From Mobula hypostoma (Eukaryota), in contig NC_086107.1 of assembly GCF_963921235.1 (NCBI RefSeq), forward strand, positions 93,002,001 through 93,066,000: DNA of 64,000 nucleotides. The letters run 5' to 3'. Position 1 is the first letter of the stretch; each line of letters opens with the position of its first letter. The notes under the pieces were generated by a model. That model had not been told where the DNA came from. It was given only the letters and a program-made list of their open reading frames with translations, and ran no database searches. Position numbers and translations under genes: made by a program. Positions 26,663 to 39,034 of this stretch are shown in pieces.

Positions 26663-27088
26663 CCTCCAAGACAAACACAACCTTGTTGTAGGGTTTGGAG
26701 GCTTGCGTGCCTGAATGACCCGGGAAGCTATGTTTGATGGAGTCAGAGCTTTATGCTTTGGCTCTTGGTAGTATCACCCAGGTCAAACAGGTCAAAGGCT
26801 AGAGGGCAGACGAATAGAGACCCACTGGTCCTCCAGGCTTTGGTCTGGGGGTTTCAGCTCAGGGCCAACAATCCTGATGGATCAGACAAAACTGTTACGG
26901 AAGCAGCAATGAAGAATCCTCCTACATATGAGTGTGCTGATATTCTTGAGTCCTTGCCCGGAGCTTGCATGACTGACAGTAGTGAAAACCGAGCTACTGA
27001 CGCGATGGAGGAAGTCCTGAACTCCACCAGATGTGGAGGACGTTCATTGCTCCCCTAAACTCCGGTGGCGCAATGGGCAATAGGTAGG
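26663..27088 (+). mobile_element. Bipartite RTE derivative, longer copy
   Basis: Repeat of 19436-19754 with extra internal sequence. Confidence 0.7.
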
Positions 27089-27303
27089 TGGGATCCACAA
27101 ACCTGTGTAAGTGTCTTTTCATGAGAAGGTGAAGAGCAGGAAAAATGGATAAAACCTTTAAAATTGATAACAACAAGATTCTGCAGACGCTGGAAATCCA
27201 GAGTAATATACACAAAATGGTGGCGGAACTCAGCAGGTCAGGCAACAGCTACGGAGAGGAATAAGGGGTTGATGTTTCAGGCCAAGACCAATTAAGAAGT
27301 GTA

Positions 27304-29270
27304 TTTTTGTAATTCAAATTTTTAGTATTATTTATTCATATTTTACAAAGCAGCACAGCATCTCATAGAGCAGATAGAGTACAGCATATTTACACAGCCA
27401 TCCCATGACAGGAAAACAAATAAAACTCAGAAACAGAAAGAAGTTCTAATTTAAGTTTAAATTAACATGCAACCAAAATTGATCCCACGCGTCTTGCACT
27501 TTTCCCTCACTGTTAATTCTTCCCAACATGTGTTCATATGATGAAATCTTAATCATTTCCTCAGTCCATTCCTTCACAGTGGGATATCTGGGTTTTTCCC
27601 AGTTTTGCAATGTAATTCTTGCAGCTGTGATGAGACCCACCTCTAAAATAGTAAATTTGTCATTGTTTACATTAGGTATCATTGTCCTATCACCCAAGAG
27701 ACAAAGCCGTGGGCACAAGGGCAGTGTGGAACCTGACCAACTCCCCAACTAATCAAGAACTTTACACCAAAATGGACGAACTGTGGAACACTCCCAAATC
27801 ATGTGAAAATACGTGCCCACCTCATTTTTACATTTCCAGCATAAATTACTATCAACAATCCCCATTTTGTAGAGTCTAGTTGGTGTCCAATAATTTCTGT
27901 GTACTATCTCATACTGAATAAGTTTCCCTTTCACTTCCCTAATATGTCTACCCACATTTGATAAAATATTAGACCACTCATTATCTTCAATATCGCTTCC
28001 AAGATCCTTCTGCCATACTGCTTTGAGATTGTTACACGATTCACCCACAGAATGCTTGAACATTTTATAAAACGCTGATACTTTATGAACTTCCTGTGGT
28101 AATGTAAAGTATTCAGTTAAAGAGTTACTTTGTGGGTCATCGTTCTTGAATATGCTACTAACGCAATGTCTTATTTGTAAATACTTCCATCTACAAAGTT
28201 ATATTTCCTCTGCAAATCCACATATGACATAAAAATCCCATTCTCATAGAGATCACCTACTCTATTTACACCTTTAATCTTCCATTCTTTCCAATATACC
28301 ATTCTTTTTCCAAGGCGTATCTCAGGGTTATTCCAGAGTGAGGAGTATAACTGGTTTAAATGTGACATTCTACAAGCTTTATGAATTGTACTCCACATAC
28401 TTCTTGAGTGAAATAGTATAGGATTTAGATTAAGCAACATACATCAAAGTTGCTGGTGAACGCAGCAGGCCAAGCAGCATCTGTAGGAAGAGATGCAGTC
28501 GACGTTTCAGGCCGACTGATTCAGGCCGAATCATGTTTGCCAACGGTTCCAAAAGAATCGTAAATATCAGTGGGGAGAGGGGGCAGCCTTGGCGTGTACC
28601 CCGTGAGATGTTGAAAAATGGGGATATGATACCATTTGTAATAAGTGCAGCCTTAGGGTTTTTATACAAAATTCTAATCCATGATTTAAGGCTGTGGTTA
28701 ACAATCTGCACTCAACCTCGTCAAAGTTTTTTTCGGCTTCCAGGGAGATGGCAGTAACTGGGATACAACGTGAGGAGTTCAGCCATGTTAAGTGTAGTAA
28801 TCTCCTTAAAATGTCAGTTGGGGATCTGCTTTTAATGAAGCCAACCTAGTCAGTATTAATTATAGATGGCAATACTTTCTCTAATCGCAAAACCAGTATT
28901 TTAGTCAGTATCTTACAGTCCACATTAATTAAGCTTATAGACCTATAATTGGAAGGATCTATTGCATCCCTGTCTTTTTTTGGGATCAATGATATTAATG
29001 CTTCATTAATTGTATGAGGTAAAGATCCCAAATTAAATGCTTCTGAATAGATTTTTGTTAGAATGGGAGCCAATATGTCCAGAAATTTCTTATAATATTC
29101 AACTGGGAAGCCATCCATACCTGGAGATTTCCCCATTTTCATAGCTGCAATAGCCCGTCTGACCTCATCCTCAGTAATTGAGACTCAGCTTGTTGTGGGG
29201 ATAATGTAGGCAATTTTATGTTAGCAAAAAACCGATTCAGCTCCTCCTGGTCATAATTAAATGGTGGAGA
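27304..29270 (-). pseudogene. L1-clade LINE ORF2 remnant (RT N-half plus C-terminal zinc knuckle), internally deleted
   Basis: GKSPGMDGFPVEYYK, NYRSISLINVDCKIL, RGTRQGCPLSPLIF, CWKCKNEVGTYFHMIWEC. A-rich 3' end near 27304-27335. Penelope fragment at ~28433-28516 sits at the breakpoint. Confidence 0.88.
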
Positions 29271-30018
29271 AGTTGTTTAATTTGAGATCCAGGGATGAGG
29301 GTGACTTACAAAATGGACAATTGGTTAGTCAGAAGCAACACGCACAAAATACTGGAGGAACTCAGCAGGTCAGGCAGCATCAATGGAAATAAAGGAACAG
29401 TCAATGTTTCAGGCTGAGACCCTTCATCAGGACAGTCGGATTTACAAAGAGGAGAGATCATGGCCATGTTACACTACAGAACACTTTCTAATTTGTTCTG
29501 ATCTGTTTTATTTGAATTATCACGTTTATCAATTGATGCTGACCACAAAAACTCACATCAGTAAAGGAAATCTGCAGAAAATTATCTTCAATGAAAAATT
29601 ATTTTTGGCAGCAATCAAATACGTGATTTCCAGAAGACATTCAGTACTCATGCGACTTAATCTGAATTGTTTCATCCCAGTAATTTTTTTTCTTCGTCCC
29701 TTGAGAACGTGGCTGATGACGATGACAGTTGTAAAGCGGGAGTGCTACAAAGTTGGCAGGGCTGCACGAAATTTAGCCATGATGCACTCACAGAGCATGC
29801 CTGCATAAGTTATATTGCATTCAGATGTTAAAGCAGACTGATGGAGAGACACAGTTGTAACATGAACTCTAACTAAAAAGTCAAAAATTATGAACTAGTA
29901 ATAGATTGGAAGGGAAAATTGCTACAAATGAACGTTGGTTGATGTCGATGGTGAATATGTGTGTATGTGTGTCTCTCTCTCTCTCTCTCTCTCTGTATCT
30001 CTGTGTATGTGTGTGTGT

Positions 30019-30455
30019 GATAGATAGATACTTCATTGATCTCAAAGGAAATTACAGTGTCACAGTGGCATTTCAAGTTCACAGATATACAATATTAGAT
30101 GATAAGTAAGAAGAATAAATTAAAAGTTACCACAAACAGTCTAACAGGAGGGGATCATCATTTCCCTGGCTATAGGTTGACTCATTATAGAGTCTAATGG
30201 CCAAGGGTAAGAATGACCTCATATAGCGCTCTTTGGAACAGCACAGTTGTCTTAGACTATTACTGAAAGTGCTCCACTGTTCAGCCAAGGATTGCCAGGA
30301 TTTTCCGTAGGGTCCTTTGTTCTACCGCAGCCTCCAGTGTGTCCAGTTTGACTCCTATAACAGAGCCAGACTTTCAAATCAGTTTAGTGAGCCTGTTGGC
30401 ATCACTCGTGTTGATGCCATTGCCCCAGCACACCACCGCATAAAAGATTGTACTG
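30019..30455 (-). mobile_element. L2/Rex1-like LINE 3' end with (TATC)n tail, inserted in a TG-rich tract
   Basis: tagatagatacttcattgatc tail. Flanked by (TG)n/(TC)n at 29958-30018 and a degenerate TG-rich tract at 30455-30815. Confidence 0.55.
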
Positions 30456-30989
30456 TGTGTGAGTGTGTGTTTGTGTGTGTGTGCATGTGTCTGTGTTTAT
30501 GTGTATATTTGCATGCACCAACAGCAGACTCGTGCACATCTTTCACTTGTGTTTTACATGTGCCAATATATGCATGTGCTTGTGTGTGCACTGTACGTGA
30601 AATAGTTGAAATAGTTGGATGCATGTTTGTGAGTGTTTATGCGTGCATGTTTCTGTATGCTTGTAAGTAGTTTTGTGCGCATGCCTGTGAGATGATGTAC
30701 GTGTGTGTGTTTGTTTGTGAATGTCGATATTTCTGTTTGTGTGTGGGTGCCTGTGTTTTAGTATATTCGTTTGCGCGTATGTCTTTTAGCTGGAGTGATT
30801 GTGTGCACATGTTTATATTTCATAAGGTCCAATAACCCCCTGGGTTCATGAATCGGTGAGACTGGAGTTCGAAACATGGCATTTGGTGATCGGCAGGTTC
30901 TGGGAGTGGTGCCAAGGATCGCTTCGGAATTCCGGAAGCCGAGGCCAGTAGGCCGGAGTCAAGTCTGCAAATCTCTGTGAGTACACTGA

Positions 30990-31560
30990 GGCTTTGTAAG
31001 GCATGGGTAAGACCCACACTTGGAGTATTGTGAGCAGTTTTGGGCCCCTTGTGTAAGATGTGCCGGCCTTGGAAGGGTGCAGAGGAAGTTCATGAGAATG
31101 ATACCTGGAATAAAAGGGTTAACATATGAGGAGCTTTTAATGGCTCTGTGCCTGTACTCGCTAGAGTTAGAAGAATGGGGGCGGCGGGGGAGGTAAATTT
31201 CATTGAAACCTATCAAACAGTGAAAGGCATAGATGGAGCATATGTGGAGTGGATGTTTCCTATAGTGGAGGGCTAGGGTGAGAGTCTAGGACCTCAGAAT
31301 AGAGGGATGTTCATGTAGTGGAATTTCTTGATCCAGAGGGTAGTGAATCTGTAGAATTCATTGCCACAGTCGGTTGTGGGGGCCAAGTCATTTGGAATAT
31401 TTAAAGCAGAGGTTGACAGTTTCTTTATTAGTCGGGGCGTTAAAGAATATGGGGAGAAGGCAAGAGAATGGGGTTGGGAGGGATAATAAGTCAACCATAA
31501 TGGAATAGCAGAGCAGAAGGGCCTAATTCTGCTCCTATATCTTATGGTCTCATGGCCTTA
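30990..31560 (+). mobile_element. CR1 3' fragment
   Basis: gacccacacttggagtattgtgagcagttttgg core and ctaattctgctcctatatcttatggtct tail. Confidence 0.75.
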
Positions 31561-32569
31561 TGGGAAGTCGGAGGCCCGAGTCTGAGCCTGAGTCCGCTGG
31601 AGGCTGGTGTCCAAAGACGGCCTGTCCTGGGGTTAAAGGACTGTGTATGTGGATGGGCGGGAGGGAGGAAGGGGCTTGCTTTTGCTGCCGTTGTCTCGTT
31701 GCTTGTTGTGTTCTGTGTTGTTCTGCCAAGCATTATGGGCTCGTTACGTCAGCACCGGAAGTGTGGCAACTCTTACGGGCTGCCCCCAGCACATCCTTTG
31801 ATTGTGTTGCTCATCAAAGCAAATGACGCATTTCACTGTATGTTTTGATACACACATGATAAATAAAGGTGCACTTTGAATCTCCATGCGGGTTTGTATG
31901 TATGTGAGTGTATTTCTAATTATCTTTGTATGTACATGCTTGTGGTTCTGCGTTACTTTGAAGTTTGAGATTTGTAAGTTTATCAGGGCCTGGGGAAAGA
32001 CTGACTAGGTTATGACTTTATTTTCTGGAGCACAGGAGAATGAGGAGAGATTGATAGAATTATGAGGAGTGTAGTCAGGGTTAATGTAAGCAGGTTATTT
32101 CCACTGAGTTCGAGTGAAACTAGAACTAGAGGTTTAAGGGTGAAAGGTGAAATATTTAAGAGGAATCTGAGGGGGATCTTCTTCATTCATAGGGTGGAGC
32201 GAGTGTGGAACAGGCTGCCAGTGTAAATGATGGATACGGGTTCGAGTGCGACGTTTAAGAGAAGTTTGGCTAAGTACTTGGATGGGAAGGGTCCAGGTGT
32301 AGGTCAATGGGACTATGCAGTTTCGCATGGACTAGATGGGCTGAAGGGCCTGTTTCTGTGCTGTAGTGTTTGATGACTCTACGTATGCACATGGCGTGTT
32401 TATGTATGTTTGTATTTGTACATGTGTCATCTGTATGTTTGTAGATTTTTGGTACCTATAAGCATGCACGTTGCATGTTTGAACACACATGTCAATGTAA
32501 CGGGCATTTCCAGGATACAGTGCTGCAAAACTCTCTATAGGTGAAATTCCTGCCAATTACACCTCCCAG

Positions 32570-33010
32570 TGCAACACACACAACATGCTGGAGGAACTCA
32601 GCAGGTCAGACAGCTTCTATGGAGAGGAACAGTCAGTCAACGTTTTGGGCCAAGAGCCTCCATCAGGACTGGAAATGCAGAGGGAAGAAGCCAGAATACG
32701 GAGGTGAGGGGAGGGGAAGGAGGACAAGCTGGAAGGTGATAGGTGAAGCCAGAAGTGAGAAGCTGGGAGGTGATAGGTGGCAGGAGTGAAGGACTGAGGA
32801 AGAAGGAATCTGATAGGAGAGGATAGTGGACAATGGGAGAAAGGGAAGGAGGAGAGGCTTGAGAGGGAGGTGAGAAGGGAGCCAGAGTGGGGAAAGGAAA
32901 GAGAGGGAAGGGGGAGTGGGAGAAATTATTAAATGTTAGAGAAATCGATGCTCATGCCATTGTGTTGGAGGCTACCAGGACAGAATATGAGGTGTTGGTC
33001 CTCCAACCCA
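32570..33010 (-). mobile_element. Penelope-like 3' fragment (older subfamily)
   Basis: Homologous to 38350-38860, including a decayed hammerhead region (cctccatcaggact). Confidence 0.65.
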
Positions 33011-33859
33011 CCCAGCTCACGTCTGAGGTGAAACCACACATGGACAAAAGTGTAAGCCCGCCAACAGGCCATGAGAGATAGGGAGCAAAAAGGAAAGAAG
33101 ATATAACATTTAAAACAGGGGGAGAAAACGAAAGCAAAAAAAAAAAACAGGGCGAGCTGAGAGATGGAGAGCGATCATGCCTGTGGAATCCTCATTCAGA
33201 ACTGGGAATGAAAATTGAGAATAGCAAAAAAATCTGAGGTGGAAAATGCTAGCTGGAAGGTTAGTAAACTGTGTTCTGTGAGTGAAACACGGAACAGTGG
33301 TTCATTTACATGGCCGTACTGCAGGATTTTTGCTTTGGCACTCAAACGGTTAATCATTGAAATTCTGAACACAGAGTCTATGTCAGGGGTCCAAGATTTA
33401 TCAAAGGGGCTCACGTGCCGAATTGCGTCAGCACCCGCCCCCTTGAGAGCTTCGAGTGTTCTATAAACAGAATGAAAGGAGTCGATACTAACCCAAGGCA
33501 TCTCGGTCTGAGGGTTTTATATAGACAGAAAGGTACCAAAAATAGAAATGAGCCTTGAGACAGCAGGCTCTAAAGAGACAGACAGACTGAGAGACACAGA
33601 ACAGACAGATAGACAGAAAGAGACAGATGTGTAGGGAGAAGATAGAGGGACTCACCAGAAAATGAATGAAACTCACCACTATGAATAAAAAGCAAAGATT
33701 CATTCTTAAAAACCTGACAGAAGAGGTACTTCTGAATGAAAAATGTAATCATTCAAATGGATCAATTTTCATTTATTTTTCTCTTCAACGTGCCCAGTCT
33801 ATTCCTATTCAACCCCTCTCCATTTCGTTACCTTCCTCTTCTGGTTCATTCAGTCATCC

Positions 33860-33919
33860 CCTCTCTCTCTCTCTCTCTTGCTCACTGTCTCTCTCTTGCT
33901 TGCTCCCCCTCCCTCTCTT

Positions 33920-33958
<39 letters not shown>

Positions 33959-34470
33959 CTCTCTCTCTCTCTCTCTCATTCTGCTTTTCATTTTGCTGGC
34001 TTATTTTACTGTTTTCGCTCACTGGTTCCTTCAGTATCACTTTCCCGGTTTTCGCTCTACTCTCACTCTCTCTCTCTCTTTTTCTGTCTCTATCTCTCTC
34101 TTCATCTTACTCTTTCTCTTTCTCTTGCACTCTCCCTTTCCCCTGTCTCTTCTACACTCTCTCTCCCCTCCCCTCTCTTTCTCTGTCTCACCCTCACCCC
34201 TCTTCTCTCTCACACTCTCTGTCCTTTCCTTATCCCCACTCTCTCTTATTCTTCCTCTCTCCCTCTCTTCCTTGCTTTCTCTTCCTCTATCTCTCTTTCT
34301 CTCTCATTCTCACTCTCCTTCTCCCTCTCCTTCTCCCTCTTTTTCTCCTCTTCCACCCCTCTCGCTCCTTCTCTTTTTCTCATGACCTACTGTCTCCCTC
34401 TTTCTCTCTCTCTCTCTCTCTCTCTCTTTTGTTTTACATTCTTTATCTTTTCTTCATTTCTCTCTCCCCC
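33860..34470. repeat. ~600-bp CT-rich polypyrimidine low-complexity tract
   Basis: Seen directly. It accounts for the long Leu/Ser-rich pseudo-ORFs. Confidence 0.95.
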
Positions 34471-35799
34471 CTTGTGTTCAGTTTCCCTCACCCTGTTATA
34501 GGAAAGAAAGTGTTCCTAAAAGATTTATCAGGATGTTGCCAGTACTTGGGAGCCTGAGATATAAGGAGAGGTTGTGTAGACTGGGACTTTATTCCCTGGA
34601 ACGTAAGAGATTGAGGGGTGATCTGATATACGATCATGAGGGTCATAGACAGGGTGAAAACACATTGTCCGTTACCCAGGAAGAGACTGCAAAAATAAGA
34701 GGGCATGGTATAATATCAGAGGCAAGGGGTTTAGAGGGATATCAGGGGCAGCTTCGTTACACAAAGGGTGGTGTGTATTTGGAATGAGGTGCCAGAAATT
34801 GTGGCTGATGTGGGCACATTAAGGATATTTTAGAGCCATCTGGGGATGTACATGGTTAGGAAAGGTTTGAAGGCCTATCACAGAGAGAGGGACAAAATCA
34901 TGGGTTTTAGATTGGGGTGTAGAATTGTGGGTCTTTTGGAGCCTAACTTTCCTATGTTTGCTTGTATTTTTATGTAATCACCTCTATACACGTGATCGTT
35001 CAGTGAATTTTACAGCAATTATGGTATCATTGCTTCTATATTTTTCCAGAAGCTTTTTAGCTTTCAGTATCAGGTATCACACCACTTGAACCTGGCAATT
35101 TTATAAGTTAATTGTTATCCCTGGAATTTTTGTTATCACTAGTCAGAGTATGAGACTACCACAACTTCTTGTCCCTTTACTTTGTTCCCTCAGCTCCCCT
35201 TCTTCCTCCGATTTCCATTCTTGTAAAACACTTAATAAAATGATGGTAAGCAATAAGTTTTATGCTTCATTCCTGACTTAAAACACTTGATAAAACAAGG
35301 GTAAGCAAAAAGTGTTATGCTTCATTCCTGACTTCCTAAAAAACTTTGGATCACAGAAATATCAGGATCCAACACTGTTTATCTCCCCGCTTTTGCTTGG
35401 ACCTCCTTTCTCTGGCTGCCTCATTGTGGAAGTTCCCTTCATTCCAATGCGTCCACTCCATCTCGCCTCCGTCTACAAGTTCAAGGAAATGGTTACACCC
35501 AACTCAATCCCTAAGAGTGTTCATGCTTCAGGACTACACGTCTACTCTACTCAAAGTGTACTGATATAAGCAAAATCAGAGCACATTCATTCAATCCTTC
35601 CAAGGATCAAGGATCAAATTTAATCACCATATACTGTACCTTTATGTGTATTAAGAATTTGCTGTGGTGTGTTGGCCCAACATGCAACAAAAAAAAATCA
35701 CCAATTATAAAGTATAAAGAATATTGTAAATAAAACATATACAAAAAAATAAAGTTAGAAGTTAAAGGATGGATATGGTATGAAATGTTCATAAATAAA

Positions 35800-36255
35800 C
35801 ACTTCGTGGCCACTTTAGTAGGTACACGCATACACCTGCTTGTTAATGCAAATATTTAACCAGCCGATCAGGTGCCAGCAACTCAATGCATAAAAGCATA
35901 TAAACATGGTTAAAGGGTTCAGTTATTGTTCAGACCAAACCTCAGAATGAGGAGGAAATGTGATTTAAGTGACTTTGACTGTGGAATGATTGCTGACGCC
36001 AGATGGGGTGGTTTGAGTATCTCAGAAACTGTCTCTAGAGTTTATAGAGAATGGTGCAAGAAGCAAAAAAACATCTAGTAAGTGATAGTAACATCTTGTT
36101 AATGTGAGAAGTCAGAGGGGAATGGCCAGACTGTTTCAAGTTGACAGGAAGGCAACAGTAACTCAATAATCATGCATTACAATAGTGTGCAGAAGAGCAT
36201 CTCTGGATGCACAACACATTGAACCTTGAAGTGGATGGGCTACAGCAGCAGACGA
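35800..36255 (+). mobile_element. Tc1 internal-deletion derivative
   Basis: Left TIR cacttcgtggccactttagtaggtac and a transposase HTH remnant (DLSDFDCGMI). Confidence 0.7.
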
Positions 36256-37271
36256 TCTTGATTGTACAGAAATATACTAAGTATAGGTATACAAGCATGT
36301 ATTTACAGTGCAAACAGTGTTATAAAATGTGGTTTAAAGAGTTTACAGTGCAGCGACTGGGGCAATAAACTTTGACAAGCCTGGAGAAGAGTACTTGACT
36401 GGAAGTCCCATCCCTAATCCCACAGAAAAGGTGGTAGATAACCACTCAGACCAGTCTAAAATAGATCAACGAAAATCAGAAAATACAGGAAACACTCAAT
36501 GGGCCAGGCAGCATCTGTAAAGAGAGAGAAACAGAGTTAATGTTTCGGATCCTAGACGCTTTGTCAGAATCCTTTCTGAATCTTGTTCCAATTGGATCTG
36601 AATCGTTAATCTCTCAAAGGGAAAGATAGAGATTAGGTTTATTTGTTACATATACATTGAGACATACAGTGAAATGTTTCAAATCAAATCAGTGAGGTTG
36701 TGCTGGGGTCAGCCCCCAAAGTGCCGCCACGTTTCCAGTGCCAACATAGCATGTTCACACTCACTACCCCTATATGGTACACCTTTGGAATGTGGGAGGA
36801 AATCAGAGGAAACATGTGCGGTTACGGGGAGAACCTACAAACTCCTTACAGAGAGCGGCGAGAATTGAACCCTGATCTTCCCGCTGGTGCTCTGAAGCAT
36901 TGTGCAAACCGCTTCGTACAGATCTCTCTCCGCAGTTGCTGCCTGACTGACTGTGTGTTTCCAGCATTTTTATGTTTTTATTTCAGTTTGCAGCATCTGC
37001 TGTTTTTTTTTTTGCTTGCTTATTTATTCTCATTCGTAATGGCATGGATTATGTTTTCTCTGGGATATGACTAAATAGCTTGCAACGCCTTTTCAGGGAA
37101 AGTTCTGAGACAACTGTGGTGCCGTTGGTCTGAAGTCACAAATGCCATTGTCAAGGACATTACAGAACCTGTAGCTCAAACAATAGTGACAACAAGTCAC
37201 TATTAAGGGTGACATACATCAAAGTTGCTGGTGAACGCAGCAGGCCAAGCAGCATCTGTAGGAAGAGGTGC

Positions 37272-37307
37272 AGTCGACGTTTCAGGCCGAGACCCTTCGT
37301 CAGGACT
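37272..37307 (-). ncRNA. Minimal type I hammerhead ribozyme motif (Penelope pLTR)
   Basis: Minus strand reads AGTC-CTGACGA-AGGGTCTCGGCCT-GAAAC-GTC-GACT. Shows the CUGANGA and GAAA boxes, a GUC triplet and an AGUC/GACU stem I. Confidence 0.65.
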
Positions 37308-38729
37308 AACTGAAGGAAGAGTGAGTAAGGGATTTGAAAGCTGGAGGGGGAGGGGGAGATGCAAAATGATAGGAGAAGACAGGAGGGGGAGGGATAGAGC
37401 CAAGAGCTGGACAGGTGAATAGGCAAAAGGGGATACGAGAGGATCATGGGACAGGAGGTCCAAGAAGAAAGACAAGGGGGGGGGTGACCCAGAGGATGGG
37501 CAAGAGGTATATTCAGAGGGACAGAGGGAGAAAAAGGAGAGTGAGAGAAAGAATGTGTGCATAAAAATGAGTAACAGATGGGGTACGAGGGGGAGGTGGG
37601 GCCTTAGCGGAAGTTAGAGAAGTCGATGTTCATGCCATCAGGTTGGAGGCTACCCAGACGGAATGAGGCTTTTCATTCTAGGATGAGGGAGATGTCTTCA
37701 TTTTTTAAAGAAAGGGGCTTCCCTTCCTCCACTATCAACTCTGCTCTTAAACGCATCTCCCCCATTTCACGTACATCTGCTCTCACTCCATCCTCCCACC
37801 ACCCCACTAGGAATAGGGTTCCCCTGGTCCTCACCTACCACCCCACCAGCCTCCGGGTCCAACATATTATTCTCCGTAACTTCCGCCACCTCCAACGGGA
37901 TCCCACCACTAAGCACATCTTTCCCTCCCCCCGCTCTCTGCATTCCGCAGGGATCGCTCCCTACACAACTCCCTTGTCCATTCGTTCCCCCCATCCCTCC
38001 CCACTGATCTCCCTCCTGGCACTTATCCGTGTAAGCGGAACAAGTGCTACACATGCCCTTACACTTCCTCCCTTACCACCATTCAGGGCCCCAAACAGTC
38101 CTTCCAGGTGAGGCATCACTTCACCTGTGAGTCGACTGGGGTGATATACTGCGTCCGGTGCTCCCGATGTGGCCTTTCATATATTGGTGAGACCTGACGC
38201 AGACTGGGAGACCGCTTTGCTGAACGTCTACGCTCTGTCCGCCAGAGAAAGCAGGATCTCCCAGTGGCCACACATTTTAATTCTACATCCCATTCCCATT
38301 CTGACATGTCTATCCACGGCCTCCTCTACTGTAAAGATGAAGCCACACTCAGGTTGGAGGAACAACACCTTATATTCCGTCTGGGTAGCCTCCAACCTGA
38401 TGGCATGAACATCGACTTCTCTAACTTCCGCTAAGGCCCCACCTCCCCCTCGTACCCCATCTGTTACTCATTTTTATGCACACATTCTTTCTCTCATTCT
38501 CCTTTTTCTCCCTCTGTCCCTCTTAATATACCTCTTGCCCATCCTCTGGGTCACCCCCCCCCCTGTCTTTCTTCCCGGACCTCCAGTCCCATGATCCTCT
38601 CGTATCCCCTTTTGCCTATCACCTGTCCAGCTCTTGGCTCTATTCCTCCCCCTCCTGTCTTCTCCTATCATTTTGCATCTCCCCCTCCCCCTCCAGCTTT
38701 CAAATCCCTTACTCACTCTTCCTTCAGTT

Positions 38730-38765
38730 AGTCCTGACGAAGGGTCTCGGCCTGAAACGTCAACT
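38730..38765 (+). ncRNA. Minimal type I hammerhead ribozyme motif (stem I G>A variant)
   Basis: agtc-ctgacga-agggtctcggcct-gaaac-gtc-aact. Confidence 0.55.
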
Positions 38766-39034
38766 GCGCCTCTTCCTATAGATGCTGCCTGGCCTGCTGC
38801 GTTCACCAGCAACTTTGATGTATGTTGCTTGAATTTCCAGCATCTGCAGAATTCCTGTTGTTTACTATTAAGGGTGCAAGCCTTTTATTCTAGATCTTTA
38901 TCAATATAAACTAAATTTAAATTTATCAACTGATGCAGACAGGATTTGACTTCATGAATCCAGATTTCATTTCCGGACAATTCTAAAGTTCAAAGTTCAA
39001 AGTTCAAAATAAATTTATTATCTAAGCAGCTATA

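Larger units (their letters stand above)
37212..38863 (+). mobile_element. Penelope-like retroelement: 5'-truncated GIY-YIG copy with an inverted tail-to-tail arm
   Basis: 13-bp TSD actattaagggtg (37199-37211 and 38864-38876). 37212-37664 is the inverted repeat of 38374-38825. ORF remnant FTCESTGVIYCVRCSRCGLSYIGET*RRLGDRF...LEEQHLIFRLGSLQPDGMNIDFSNFR ends at 38434. Confidence 0.9.

Noticed and set aside
33196..33501. 101-aa minus-strand ORF (MPWVSIDS…)
   Set aside because: No recognisable homology, and the ATG lies too close to the TATA-like motif to be in a transcript from it.
33666..34557. Overlapping 207-273 aa ORFs rich in Leu/Ser/Phe
   Set aside because: Artefact of the CT tract, which lacks stop codons in all frames.
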